A stretch of DNA of 64,000 nt from Syntrophobacterales bacterium (GTDB taxonomy: Bacteria > Desulfobacterota > Desulfobaccia > Desulfobaccales > 0-14-0-80-60-11). Of this stretch, positions 10,534 to 19,471 are shown in pieces. Location: positions 5,784 through 69,783 of the forward strand of contig JAILZL010000008.1 in assembly GCA_023512475.1 (NCBI GenBank). Direction: 5' to 3'. Both the position numbers and the translations under genes were made by a program. A model generated the notes under the pieces. It had not been told where the DNA came from. It worked only from the letters and a program-made list of their open reading frames with translations, and ran no database searches. Each line of letters opens with the position of its first letter. Within the stretch, counting starts at the first letter, position 1.

Positions 10534-11370
10534 ATGGCGAAACGGCTTTTACTTGGAGTGATGAGTTTGGCCCTGGTGCTCGCCCCTTCTCTCACCGAGG
10601 CCGTGCCCACCAAAAACACCACCTCCAAGAAAAAAACCAGCGCCAGCAAGAGCAGCGTCAGCAAGGCCACCAAAAAGAGCAAGAAAGCGACAGCCGGCCA
10701 GCGGCGCAGTCGCAGCGCCGCCCGGGAGGACGATTTTGACCCCGCCACCGCCCAGACCGTGACGCCGCCCCGGAGCAGCGCCCCGGTGGCGGACAACAAG
10801 CCCCTGATGCGGGTCATCCCCCAGCGGGACGGCAAATTCATGCTGGAACCCCTGGTCCCCAAAAAGGAGCTCAATCCCCTGATCCGGCCCAGCTCCCGCC
10901 TCAACCAGCCCACTCCCAGCGAGGCCGCGGCCAGACAAGGGCACTTCAAATTTGAGCCCTGGAACTTCCAGGAGCTCATCCTCAGCCGGGCCAAGACCTA
11001 TACCGGCGCCCGCTACAGCCGGGGCGCCACCCTGGCCACCAGCTCCGCCACCGATTGCTCCGGCTTTGTGCAGTACATCTATGAGGGCTTCAAGATCGAA
11101 CTGCCCCGCTCCAGCTACGAGCAGGCCCAGGTGGGCAAGGTGGTGACCCACACCATGGACTTCTCCAAGCTGGTGCCCGGAGACCTCCTCTTCTTCCGCC
11201 GGGGCGGCCGGGCGGTGGGCCATGCCGGCATCTACCTGGGGGAAGGCAAGATGATCCACGCCTCCAACCCCCGCTCCGGCGTGGTGATCACCGACCTGAG
11301 GCAGCCCTATTACCAGTCCACCTTCGTGGTGGCCAAGCGGGTCTTTGAGGTGCACTATCCCAAGCATTAG
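10534..11370 (+). CDS. NlpC/P60 (C40) family peptidoglycan endopeptidase, exported
   Basis: Signal peptide MAKRLLLGVMSLALVLAPSLTEA. Lys/Ser-rich linker. C-terminal DCSGFVQYIY...GHAGIYLG...IHAS catalytic Cys/His signature. AGGAGG RBS. Confidence 0.9.
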   Translation: MAKRLLLGVMSLALVLAPSLTEAVPTKNTTSKKKTSASKSSVSKATKKSKKATAGQRRSRSAAREDDFDPATAQTVTPPRSSAPVADNKPLMRVIPQRDGKFMLEPLVPKKELNPLIRPSSRLNQPTPSEAAARQGHFKFEPWNFQELILSRAKTYTGARYSRGATLATSSATDCSGFVQYIYEGFKIELPRSSYEQAQVGKVVTHTMDFSKLVPGDLLFFRRGGRAVGHAGIYLGEGKMIHASNPRSGVVITDLRQPYYQSTFVVAKRVFEVHYPKH

Positions 11371-11454
11371 TCAGGCCTGGGGCGAGGCACCCCCGGAAGG
11401 GTGACGGCGGTCGGGGCAAGGCGGGCTTCCACCCTCCCGGCGGGCGGAAGACAG

Positions 11455-11482
11455 GGCGGACGGAACGGTCCGCCTTTTCTTT
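11455..11482 (+). terminator. intrinsic terminator after the NlpC/P60 gene
   Basis: GGCGGAC-ggaacg-GTCCGCC hairpin followed by TTTTCTTT. Confidence 0.6.
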
Positions 11483-11610
11483 GGCAGGAAGGCCCTGCCA
11501 CCGCCACCCTGCCCCACCGGGGGCAGATCCCGCGGCGGCACGGGGTCACAAGAGGCCCTCTGGGCGGACGACGGGCCTTCTCTTCTCCGGGGGAAATCTC
11601 ATCCAAATTC

Positions 11611-11639
11611 TTGACAGCGCTTGGCGCTCCCAATAGAAT
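11611..11639 (+). promoter_or_regulatory. sigma-70-type promoter (TTGACA-17-TAGAAT)
   Basis: TTGACA at 11611-11616, 17-nt spacer, TAGAAT at 11634-11639. Lies about 60 nt upstream of the aminotransferase start in an AT-rich patch. Confidence 0.6.
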
Positions 11640-11700
11640 AAATATTTTTAAAGACCGAGAAATTTCAGTGAAAAACTCAGATGAAGGGTAAGGACGCGCG

Positions 11701-12840
11701 ATGAAAAGATTACTCATGACCCCGGGCCCCACCCCGGTGGCCCCGGAGACCCAGCTGGCCATGGCGCAGCCCATGATCCACCATCGGGCGCCGGCGTTCA
11801 TGGACATTCTGGCCAAGGTGCGGGAAGACCTGAAATACCTCTTCCAGACGGAACAGGAAGTGCTCATGTTTGCCGCCACCGGCACCGGTGCCATGGAAGG
11901 CGCGGTGGCCAACACCCTCTCCCCCGGAGACACCGCCCTGGTGGTGGACGGCGGCAAATTCGGGGAGCGCTGGGCCGAGCTCTGCGAGGTCTACGGCATC
12001 AAAGTGGACCGCCTCAAGGTGGAGTGGGGCTATGCCGTGAAGCCCCAGGAAGTGGAAGCCCGCCTCACCGCCAATCCGGCCATCAAGGCGGTCTTTGTCC
12101 AGGCCAATGAGACCTCCACTGCGGTGGCCCACCCGGTGCAGGAACTGGCCCAGGTGGTGAAGAAATTCCCTCACACTATCCTGGTGGTGGACGCCATCAG
12201 CGCCCTGGGGGGCTATCCTTTGCCCATGGATGAGTGGGGACTGGATGTGGTGGTGGCAGGCTCCCAGAAGGCCATGATGCTGCCCCCGGGGATGGCCTTT
12301 GCCGCCCTGTCCCCCAAGGCCTGGGAGATGGTGAAGACCTCCACCTGCCCCAAGTATTACTTTGATTTCGCCAAGCAGCTGAAGAGCCAGGCCAAGAACC
12401 AGACGGCCTACACCTCCGCCGTCACCCTGACCATCGGCCTCATGCAGGTGCTGGGCTGGTTTCGGGAGCAGGGGCTGGAGCGCATCTTCGCCCGCAACGC
12501 CCGGATGGCCCGGGCCTGCCGGGCAGCGGTGGCCGCCATGGGCCTGGAGCTTTTCTCCAAGGAGTACCCTTCGGACGTGCTCACCGCGGTGCAGGCGCCG
12601 GCGGGCATTGACGGCCAGAAGGTGGTGGCCAAGATGCGGGAGAAGGGCATCTGGATCGCCGGCGGCCAGGCTCAGGCCAAGGGCAGGATCTTCCGCATCG
12701 CCCATATGGGCTACATTGACGAGCAAGACCTCCTGGGCACCCTCGGCGCTCTGGAGAGCGTCCTGAACGACCTGGGCTACAAAGTGGAGCTGGGCGTCGG
12801 CGTCAAGGCGGCCCAGGAGATTCTGGGCAAGGAGGCCTAG
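11701..12840 (+). CDS. class-V aminotransferase (AGXT/SerC-like; likely phosphoserine/serine-pyruvate aminotransferase)
   Basis: 379 aa. MTPGPTPV N-terminus and GSQKAMMLPPG PLP-lysine motif. Immediately upstream of serA. Confidence 0.85.
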   Translation: MKRLLMTPGPTPVAPETQLAMAQPMIHHRAPAFMDILAKVREDLKYLFQTEQEVLMFAATGTGAMEGAVANTLSPGDTALVVDGGKFGERWAELCEVYGIKVDRLKVEWGYAVKPQEVEARLTANPAIKAVFVQANETSTAVAHPVQELAQVVKKFPHTILVVDAISALGGYPLPMDEWGLDVVVAGSQKAMMLPPGMAFAALSPKAWEMVKTSTCPKYYFDFAKQLKSQAKNQTAYTSAVTLTIGLMQVLGWFREQGLERIFARNARMARACRAAVAAMGLELFSKEYPSDVLTAVQAPAGIDGQKVVAKMREKGIWIAGGQAQAKGRIFRIAHMGYIDEQDLLGTLGALESVLNDLGYKVELGVGVKAAQEILGKEA

Positions 12841-12843
12841 TCC

Positions 12844-14427
12844 ATGAAGGTCCTCATCAGCGACAACCTGCACAAAAGCGGCATCGCCCTCCTGGAGCGC
12901 AACCCCAACCTCGAGGTGGTGGTGAAGCCCGGGATGACGCCGGAGGAGCTCAAGGAAGCCATCCGGGATGCGGACGCCCTGGCCATCCGCAGCGCCACTA
13001 AGGTGACCAAGGAGATCATCGACGCGGCCCCGCGGCTGAAGGTGGTGGGCCGGGCCGGCACCGGCCTGGACAACGTGGACATCCCCTACTGCAGCAAACG
13101 GGGCATCGTGGTGATGAACACCCCCGGCGGCAACACCATCACCACCGCGGAGCACGCCCTCTCCCTCATGCTGGCCCTGGCCCGGAACATCCCCCAGGCG
13201 GCGGCCTCCATGCGGGAGGGGAAGTGGGAGAAGAAGAAGTTCCAGGGCACGGAGATCTTCAACAAGACCCTGGGCATCATCGGGCTGGGGCGCATCGGCC
13301 GGGTGGTGGCGGAGCGGGCCCTGGGCCTGAAGATGCGGGTGTTGGGCTACGACCCCTTCATCAGCAAGGAGGTGGGCACCTCCCTGGGGGTGGAGATGGT
13401 GAGCCTGGATGAGCTCTACGCCCGGTCGGACTTCATCACCCTGCACGTCCCCCGGACCAAGGACACCGCCAAGCTCCTCAACCGGGAGGCCTTCCACAAG
13501 ATGAAGCCGGGGGTGCGCATCATCAACTGCGCCCGGGGCGGCCTCATTGACGAGGAGGCCCTCCTGGAGGCCCTGAAAGAGGGCAAGGTGGCCGGCGCGG
13601 CTTTGGACGTCTTCGAGACCGAGCCCATCCCGCCGGACTACCCCCTGAAAGACCTCCCCAACGTCATCTGCACCCCGCATCTGGGGGCCTCCACCGAAGA
13701 GGCCCAGGCCAATGTGAGCGTGGCCATCTGCGAGCAGATCCTGGAGTATTTGCTCTATGGCACCATCCGCAATGCGGTGAACGCCCCCAGCGTCACCCGG
13801 GAGGCCATGGCGCAGCTCAAGCCCTATCTCACCCTGGCCGAGGCCCTGGGGAGCTTCCAGGCCCAGATCACTGAGGGGGCCATCACCAATGTGGTCATCT
13901 CCTATATCGGCGAGGTGGCCAAGCTGGATACCAAACCCCTGACCCACTCCATCCTTAAAGGCCTGCTCTACCCCATCATGCACGATGAGGTGAACTACGT
14001 GAACGCCCCGTCCATGGCGGAGTCCCGGGGCATCACGGTGAGCGAGGAGAAGATCGCCGCGGGCGAGGACTTCACCACCCTCATCCGGCTGACGGTGCGG
14101 GCCGGGATGGAGGAGAATGTGGTGGCGGGCACCATCTTCGGCAAATATGAGCCCCGGCTGGTGCAGATCAACAAGTTCCGTCTGGAGGCCATCCCCGAAG
14201 GGCATATGCTCTTCATTTACAACACCGACCGCCCCGGGGTCATCGGCGCCATCGGCACCACCATCGGCCGCCACAACATCAACATCGCCCGCATGACCGT
14301 GGGCCAGGAGAAGGAGCGGGGCCAGAACATCATCCTGCTCACCACCGACACCCCGGTGACTCCCGAATGTCTGGAGGCGGTGCGCAACCTGGAACATGTG
14401 GCCATGGCCATCCAGCTGGAATTGTAG
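12844..14427 (+). CDS. serA: D-3-phosphoglycerate dehydrogenase (long form with ASB/ACT domains)
   Basis: 527 aa. GRAGTGLDNVD, GIIGLGRIGR NAD motif, C-terminal ACT-like region. Confidence 0.95.
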   Translation: MKVLISDNLHKSGIALLERNPNLEVVVKPGMTPEELKEAIRDADALAIRSATKVTKEIIDAAPRLKVVGRAGTGLDNVDIPYCSKRGIVVMNTPGGNTITTAEHALSLMLALARNIPQAAASMREGKWEKKKFQGTEIFNKTLGIIGLGRIGRVVAERALGLKMRVLGYDPFISKEVGTSLGVEMVSLDELYARSDFITLHVPRTKDTAKLLNREAFHKMKPGVRIINCARGGLIDEEALLEALKEGKVAGAALDVFETEPIPPDYPLKDLPNVICTPHLGASTEEAQANVSVAICEQILEYLLYGTIRNAVNAPSVTREAMAQLKPYLTLAEALGSFQAQITEGAITNVVISYIGEVAKLDTKPLTHSILKGLLYPIMHDEVNYVNAPSMAESRGITVSEEKIAAGEDFTTLIRLTVRAGMEENVVAGTIFGKYEPRLVQINKFRLEAIPEGHMLFIYNTDRPGVIGAIGTTIGRHNINIARMTVGQEKERGQNIILLTTDTPVTPECLEAVRNLEHVAMAIQLEL

Positions 14428-14638
14428 TATGATGAAAGCGTGAGGGGAGGGGCGGGCGCCGAGGCCCCTCCTCCTCTCAGGCACACACCCGGGGGAGGGG
14501 GCAGGGAAGAGCGGGAAGAATTCTGCTGCCCGGGTGCCTCCCCTCCTGGCAACCCCTCCCGGCATCAGGCCGGTGCCCTGCGGCGGGGGAGGCGGGAGCC
14601 GACGGCCAGGGGCGGGGCGGCTCCCCCGGGTGGGCCCG

Positions 14639-15055
14639 ATGTCCGCTGGCGAGGCAGCACCTATGGCCGACGCGGAAGACAAAGGCTACACGGTTCACGA
14701 CAAGCGCTACCTCCACCTGAGCGAGGAGGAGAAGGCCAAGGTCCGGGAGGAGGAGGCCGCCCGGCGTCAGGCCCGGGAAGCGGCGGCCCAGGCGGCGCCG
14801 GACACCCCTTTGCCGGAGATCACCTTCTCGTCCTTCATCATCTCCCTCAGCTCCTCCGCCTTTATCCATCTGGGCGACATGCCGGACCCCACCACCGGCC
14901 AGATCAGCAAGAATCTGCCCCTGGCCAAACAGACCATTGACCTCCTGGGGCTGCTGCGGGAAAAGACCCGCAACAACCTGCAGGAGGACGAGGAGAAGCT
15001 CTTCGACCACCTGCTCTACGAGCTGAGGATGCGCTACGTCAAGGAGGTGAGCTGA
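14639..15055 (+). CDS. DUF1844 domain protein
   Basis: ITFSSFIISLSSSAFIHLGDMPDPTTGQISKNLPLAKQTIDLLGLLREKTRNNL...LYELRMRYV matches the DUF1844 pattern I know. Start is uncertain: ATG 14639, ATG 14663, or the ORF-track 14534. Confidence 0.75.
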   Translation: MSAGEAAPMADAEDKGYTVHDKRYLHLSEEEKAKVREEEAARRQAREAAAQAAPDTPLPEITFSSFIISLSSSAFIHLGDMPDPTTGQISKNLPLAKQTIDLLGLLREKTRNNLQEDEEKLFDHLLYELRMRYVKEVS

Positions 15056-15084
15056 CGGGCCTCAGACGCTTCTGCCCCGCCAAG

Positions 15085-15933
15085 GTGAACCTCTATCTCA
15101 AGGTGGTGGGCCGCCGCCCCGACGGCTACCATGAGCTGGTGACCGTGATGCAGCCCCTGAGCCTGGCGGATCTCCTGGAGGTGGAGGCAGGCGGTCCGGG
15201 GGTGACGCTGGAGGTGGAGGGGGCGGCGCTGCCCGGGGGACCGGAGAACCTGGTGTGGCGGGCGGCGGCGGCCGTGTATGGGGCCCTGGGGCGGGAGCCC
15301 CGGGTCCGGCTGCGGCTGCACAAACGCATCCCGGTGGCGGCGGGTCTGGGCGGGGGGTCTAGCGATGCCGCCGGGACGCTTCTGGCGGTGAATCACCTGG
15401 AGGGCGAACCCCTGTCCCCGGCGGAGCTGCACCGCCTGGGGGCGGCCTTGGGTGCGGACGTGCCCTTTTTCCTGTCCGTGCGGCCCCAGGTGGGCCGGGG
15501 TATCGGCACCGAACTTCAGCCCCTAGAGCTGCCGGCCTACTGGTATGTGCTCCTCAATCCCGGGGTGGCGGTGGCCACTGCCTGGGTCTACCGGAGCCTC
15601 GATCTGGAGCAGCTCCGGGTGGCGGGCGTCCCGGGGCGGGAGTCCTGGGACGGCGCCCGGCCGCAGGAGTGGGTGGGCAACGACCTGGAGTCGGTGACTC
15701 TGAGGGCCCACCCCGGTCTGGCCCGGTGGGTGGCGCGCCTTAAAGGAGAGGGCGCGCTGGCGGCGGGCATGTCCGGGAGCGGCCCCACCCTCTTCGGCCT
15801 GTTCTGGGAGAAGGAGGCGGCCCTGAAGGCGGCCCGGGCCCTGCGGCCGGCGGGTCCCGGCTGGCTGGCCGTGGCCCGGGGCCTCACCGGCGCGGAGCCC
15901 CCCGGCTGGGAGGATGAGGTATGGATGATCTGA
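15085..15933 (+). CDS. ispE: 4-diphosphocytidyl-2-C-methyl-D-erythritol kinase
   Basis: [19 protein letters not shown]...[10 protein letters not shown]...GSGPTLFG (GHMP kinase). The true start is probably upstream of GTG 15085 (see finding). Confidence 0.9.
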   Translation: MNLYLKVVGRRPDGYHELVTVMQPLSLADLLEVEAGGPGVTLEVEGAALPGGPENLVWRAAAAVYGALGREPRVRLRLHKRIPVAAGLGGGSSDAAGTLLAVNHLEGEPLSPAELHRLGAALGADVPFFLSVRPQVGRGIGTELQPLELPAYWYVLLNPGVAVATAWVYRSLDLEQLRVAGVPGRESWDGARPQEWVGNDLESVTLRAHPGLARWVARLKGEGALAAGMSGSGPTLFGLFWEKEAALKAARALRPAGPGWLAVARGLTGAEPPGWEDEVWMI

Positions 15934-16856
15934 AGATCTTCACCGGCAACGCCAACCGGCCCCTGGCAGAGAAGATCTGCCAGTATCTCGGGGTGCCCCT
16001 GGGGGAGGCGGCGGTGGGCCGTTTTTCGGACGGCGAGATCTCGGTGGAATTCCGGGAAAACGTCCGGGGCCGGGATGTCTTCGTCATTCAGCCCACCTGC
16101 ATCCCTTGCAATGAGCACCTGATGGAGCTCCTGCTGATGATGGACGCCCTGAGGCGGGCCTCCGCCGGGAGTATCACTGCGGTGGTGCCCTACTACGCCT
16201 ATGCCCGCCAGGACCGCAAGACCGCCCCCCGGGTGCCCATCTCCGCCAAGCTGGTGGCCAACCTCATCACCTGCGCCGGGGCCAACCGCCTCCTCACCAT
16301 GGACCTGCACACCGGCCAGATCCAGGGGTTTTTCAACATCCCGGTGGATCACCTCTACGCCGCGCCGGTGGTATTGGACTACATCCGGGAGAACCTGGGG
16401 GGCGACCTGGTGATGGTGTCACCGGACGCCGGGGGTGTGGAACGGGCCCGGGCCTTTGCCAAACGCCTCAACGCCGGTCTGGCCATCATCGACAAGCGCC
16501 GGGAGGCCACGGTCATCACCGCCATGAGCCTCATCGGCAATGTCTGGGGCAAGGAGGCGGTCATTCTGGATGACATGGTGACCACCGGCGCCACCCTGAT
16601 CAAGGCCTCGGAGCTCCTGATGCAGCACGGGGCCCGCTCGGTGCACGCCTGCGTCACCCATGCGGTTCTGTCTCGCAACGCCGTGGCCAGCCTGAAGGGC
16701 TCCCTGCTGCAGAGCCTGGCGGTGACCGACACCATCCCCTTGAGCCCGGAGGCCCAGGAACTGGACAAGATCCGGGTCCTGTCGGTGGCGCCGCTTCTGG
16801 GGGAGGCCATCCGGCGGATCCACCGGCGGGATTCCGTGAGCTCCCTGTTTGTCTGA
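15921..16856 (+). CDS. prs: ribose-phosphate pyrophosphokinase
   Basis: 311 aa. [25 protein letters not shown] and [16 protein letters not shown] motif. Confidence 0.95.
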   Translation: MDDLKIFTGNANRPLAEKICQYLGVPLGEAAVGRFSDGEISVEFRENVRGRDVFVIQPTCIPCNEHLMELLLMMDALRRASAGSITAVVPYYAYARQDRKTAPRVPISAKLVANLITCAGANRLLTMDLHTGQIQGFFNIPVDHLYAAPVVLDYIRENLGGDLVMVSPDAGGVERARAFAKRLNAGLAIIDKRREATVITAMSLIGNVWGKEAVILDDMVTTGATLIKASELLMQHGARSVHACVTHAVLSRNAVASLKGSLLQSLAVTDTIPLSPEAQELDKIRVLSVAPLLGEAIRRIHRRDSVSSLFV

Positions 16857-16930
16857 GCCCGCGGGCTGAATCCCGGCGGCATCTGCGGGCCCGGGGCCTG
16901 CGGGCCGACATTCCCCGGCACCGCCCCGGG

Positions 16931-17629
16931 TTGAGGAAAACCCCTGTGCCCCACCCTCCTCTTCCGGATACCTGGCTCATCGCCGGCCTCGGCAACCCCG
17001 GCCCCCGCTATGCCCGGACGCGCCATAACCTGGGCTTCCTGGTGGTGGGCGCCCTGTCGGAGCGCTGCGGGATTCCCTTGAACCGGGAGAGATGGGAGGC
17101 GGTCTTCGGCCAAGGGCGGCTGGGGGAGTACCGGGTCATCCTGGCGGCCCCCCAAACCTACATGAACCGGAGCGGCCAGGCGGTGGCCCCCCTGCTCCGC
17201 TATTTCCAGCTTTCCCCGGAGGCCCTGGTGGTGATCCACGATGACCTGGACCTGCCCGCCGGGCGCCTGAAGCTGGCCTGGGACGGCGGCGCCGGGGGGC
17301 ACAAGGGGGTGCTCTCCGTGGCCGCGGCGCTGGACACCCTGGATTTTTACCGGGTCAAGGTGGGGATCGGGCGGCCTCCGGCCGGGGTGCCGGCGGAAGC
17401 CTATGTGCTGGCGGCACCGGCGCCGGAGGAGTGGCAGCTGCTGGAGGAGGCGGCGGCGCGGGCGGCTTTGGCCGTGGAGGTCCTGGTGCGGGAAGGCCTG
17501 GCCCCGGCCCAGAACCGCTTCCACGGTCCGGGGGCCGGCCTGGAGCCGGCAGGGGAGAAGGGCAGGATCAAGGGAGCGGCGGCACCGCGGCCGGAGGAGA
17601 AGGGAGATGACCCCCAGGCGGGAGGATGA
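16931..17629 (+). CDS. pth: peptidyl-tRNA hydrolase (with about 40-aa C-terminal tail)
   Basis: LIAGLGNPGPRYARTRHNLGF...HDDLDLPAGRLKL...GHKG. Confidence 0.9.
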   Translation: MRKTPVPHPPLPDTWLIAGLGNPGPRYARTRHNLGFLVVGALSERCGIPLNRERWEAVFGQGRLGEYRVILAAPQTYMNRSGQAVAPLLRYFQLSPEALVVIHDDLDLPAGRLKLAWDGGAGGHKGVLSVAAALDTLDFYRVKVGIGRPPAGVPAEAYVLAAPAPEEWQLLEEAAARAALAVEVLVREGLAPAQNRFHGPGAGLEPAGEKGRIKGAAAPRPEEKGDDPQAGG

Positions 17630-18098
17630 CGAGGAGCGGGAGCGCCCCAGCTGGCGGGAGATTGACCAGCGGCGGGACCGGCCCCGGGAACGGACCCCGG
17701 CCCGGGACCGGCTCCCCAAAAAGCAGGCGGAATGGGTGCGGAAGATGGCCCTGAAGCAGGCGGAGGCCCTCTTCCGGGGCAAACGGGGCCGGCCGGAATA
17801 CCAGCAGGCCCTCAAAGAGCTGGAAGCCGCCCGGGGCACCCGGAAATTTGTCCCGGTGGCCAGAAAATTCCTGGAGGAGTACGGCCTCCCGGAAGAATGG
17901 GGGATCCTCAATCTGTTCCTGGACTTCCCCGACCCCCAGGTGGCGGTGCAGGCCCTGACCGCCATGGCGGAGCAGTGGCCGCAGCGCAGCTTCGTGGAGC
18001 AGCAGGGTTTCAAAAGCCGGCTGAAGATTCTGCAGCTCACCAGCCCCCAGGCCCAGGTGCGGCAGCGGGCGGAGGAGCTTTTGGCCAGCCTGACCTGA
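17607..18098 (+). CDS. hypothetical protein (highly charged N-terminus, helical C-terminus)
   Basis: ORF 17403..18098 trimmed to ATG 17607, preceded by GGAGGAGAAGGGAG. Overlaps the pth 3' end by 23 nt. No motif I recognise. Confidence 0.55.
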   Translation: MTPRREDDEERERPSWREIDQRRDRPRERTPARDRLPKKQAEWVRKMALKQAEALFRGKRGRPEYQQALKELEAARGTRKFVPVARKFLEEYGLPEEWGILNLFLDFPDPQVAVQALTAMAEQWPQRSFVEQQGFKSRLKILQLTSPQAQVRQRAEELLASLT

Positions 18099-18159
18099 GG
18101 GGCGGCCGGGGTCGGAGCAGTGGCCGGAATTAAAAATTAATTTTTTTTATAGAAAATAT

Positions 18160-18188
18160 TTGACATATTATTTTCGTGGATATATTAG
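18160..18188 (+). promoter_or_regulatory. sigma-70-type promoter in AT-rich island (TTGACA-17-TATTAG / 15-TATATT)
   Basis: TTGACA at 18160-18165 preceded by an A/T-rich UP-like tract (18130-18159). The -10 candidates are TATATT 18181-18186 and TATTAG 18183-18188. Confidence 0.55.
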
Positions 18189-18257
18189 TCCCTACCATGG
18201 GCCGGTTCCACAGGCCACAGACCGCCCGCCCCTCGGGCATGTGCACAAGGAGGTGCC

Positions 18258-19343
18258 ATGGGAGGGAATCCGGCCACCGCCGCCTCTGAGCTGGTCACCG
18301 ATCCGTCGGTCCCTCTCCCGGGGGAACCCCTTGCCGGGTTTTGGACCTGGCATCCCCCTCTCGCCGACCTCATCCACAGTCTGCCGCACTTGGCGGCCAC
18401 CGACCTGCCGGTCCTCATCCTGGGGGAACCCGGCACCGGCAAGGAGCTGGTGGCCCAGGCCCTCTGGGCCCTGAGCCCCCGGCGCCCCCAGCCTTTTGTC
18501 CGCCTCAATTGCGCCACCTTGTCGCCGGAGTTGGCCGCCAGCGAGCTCTTCGGCCATGAGAAGGGGGCCTTCACCGGTGCGGTGCGGCCCCGGCCCGGGA
18601 GCTTCCGCCTGGCGCATCGGGGCACGCTTTTCCTGGATGAAGTGGGGGACCTGCCTCTGGCGGTCCAGCCCCAGCTCCTCCGGGCCCTGGAGCAAGGGGA
18701 GATTGTCCCGGTGGGGGGGAGCGAGCCTCTGCGGGTGGAGGTGCGCGTGGTGGCCGCCACCAACCAGCCCCTGAGCCGCCTCATTGCCCAGGGGCGCTTC
18801 CGGCAGGATGTCTTCGACCGTCTGGCGGTGCTGATGGTGCAGCTCCCGCCGCTGCGGGAGCGGGGGGAGGACGTCATCCACCTGGCCCGGCGCTTCCTGG
18901 AGGAGGAGGGCCGCCGCTACGGCCGGGGCACTCTGCGCCTCTCCGCCGCGGCGGAGCGGCGCCTGCGGCAACACCCCTGGCCCGGCAACATCCGGGAACT
19001 GAAAAACGTCATCCTGCGGGCGGTGGTCTTCAGCCGGGGCAGTCTCATCCGGGAGCAGGACCTGCTCTTTGCCCCCGCCGCCCCCGGCCCTGACCGGCCG
19101 CACCCCGGCCACCCGGCCGTCCGGCCGGTGCGGGAGGAGCTGGAGGCGCTGCTGAGGCAAAGCGGCGGCAACGTCTCGGCGGTGGCCCGCCGACTGGGAG
19201 TCTGCCCCCGCACCATCTACCGCTGGCTGAAATCCCTGGACCTGGACGTCCAGAGCCTGCGGAGCGCCAGCCTCGGGGGCTGGGCGGCCTGCAGGGGCCT
19301 GGGGGTGCGCGCCTCTCCCGGCATGCTGTCCCATCGGCTCTAA
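18258..19343 (+). CDS. sigma-54-dependent transcriptional activator (AAA+ plus Fis-type HTH, no N-terminal sensor/receiver domain)
   Basis: Walker A GEPGTGKE, GAFTGA loop (EKGAFTGA), Walker B LFLDEV, WPGNIRELKN, C-terminal NVSAVARRLGVCPRTIYRWL. Only about 45 aa precede the AAA+ core. Confidence 0.9.
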   Translation: MGGNPATAASELVTDPSVPLPGEPLAGFWTWHPPLADLIHSLPHLAATDLPVLILGEPGTGKELVAQALWALSPRRPQPFVRLNCATLSPELAASELFGHEKGAFTGAVRPRPGSFRLAHRGTLFLDEVGDLPLAVQPQLLRALEQGEIVPVGGSEPLRVEVRVVAATNQPLSRLIAQGRFRQDVFDRLAVLMVQLPPLRERGEDVIHLARRFLEEEGRRYGRGTLRLSAAAERRLRQHPWPGNIRELKNVILRAVVFSRGSLIREQDLLFAPAAPGPDRPHPGHPAVRPVREELEALLRQSGGNVSAVARRLGVCPRTIYRWLKSLDLDVQSLRSASLGGWAACRGLGVRASPGMLSHRL

Positions 19344-19413
19344 CGTAGGGTGGAGGTCAGGGGTTGCGTGTCCCTGGCCCCTCCCCCGGCCGCCTTATTC
19401 CGGCCGCAAGCCC

Positions 19414-19450
19414 AAAAGAAAAGCCCTTCCCCTCCGGGAAGGGCTTTTCC
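19414..19450. terminator. bidirectional intrinsic terminator between convergent genes
   Basis: AAGCCCTTCCC-ctcc-GGGAAGGGCTT hairpin flanked by AAAAGAAAA (left) and TTTT (right). Serves the activator (+) and nuoN (-). Confidence 0.75.
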
Positions 19451-19471
19451 GTTATATATTGACGTGCTGGA

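Noticed and set aside
11710-14682. 990-aa ORF on the minus strand spanning the aminotransferase and serA genes
   Set aside because: It is exactly antisense to two well-supported genes. The translation is Gly/Ala/Arg/His/Pro-rich low complexity typical of stop-free antisense frames in about 65% G+C DNA, with no motif.
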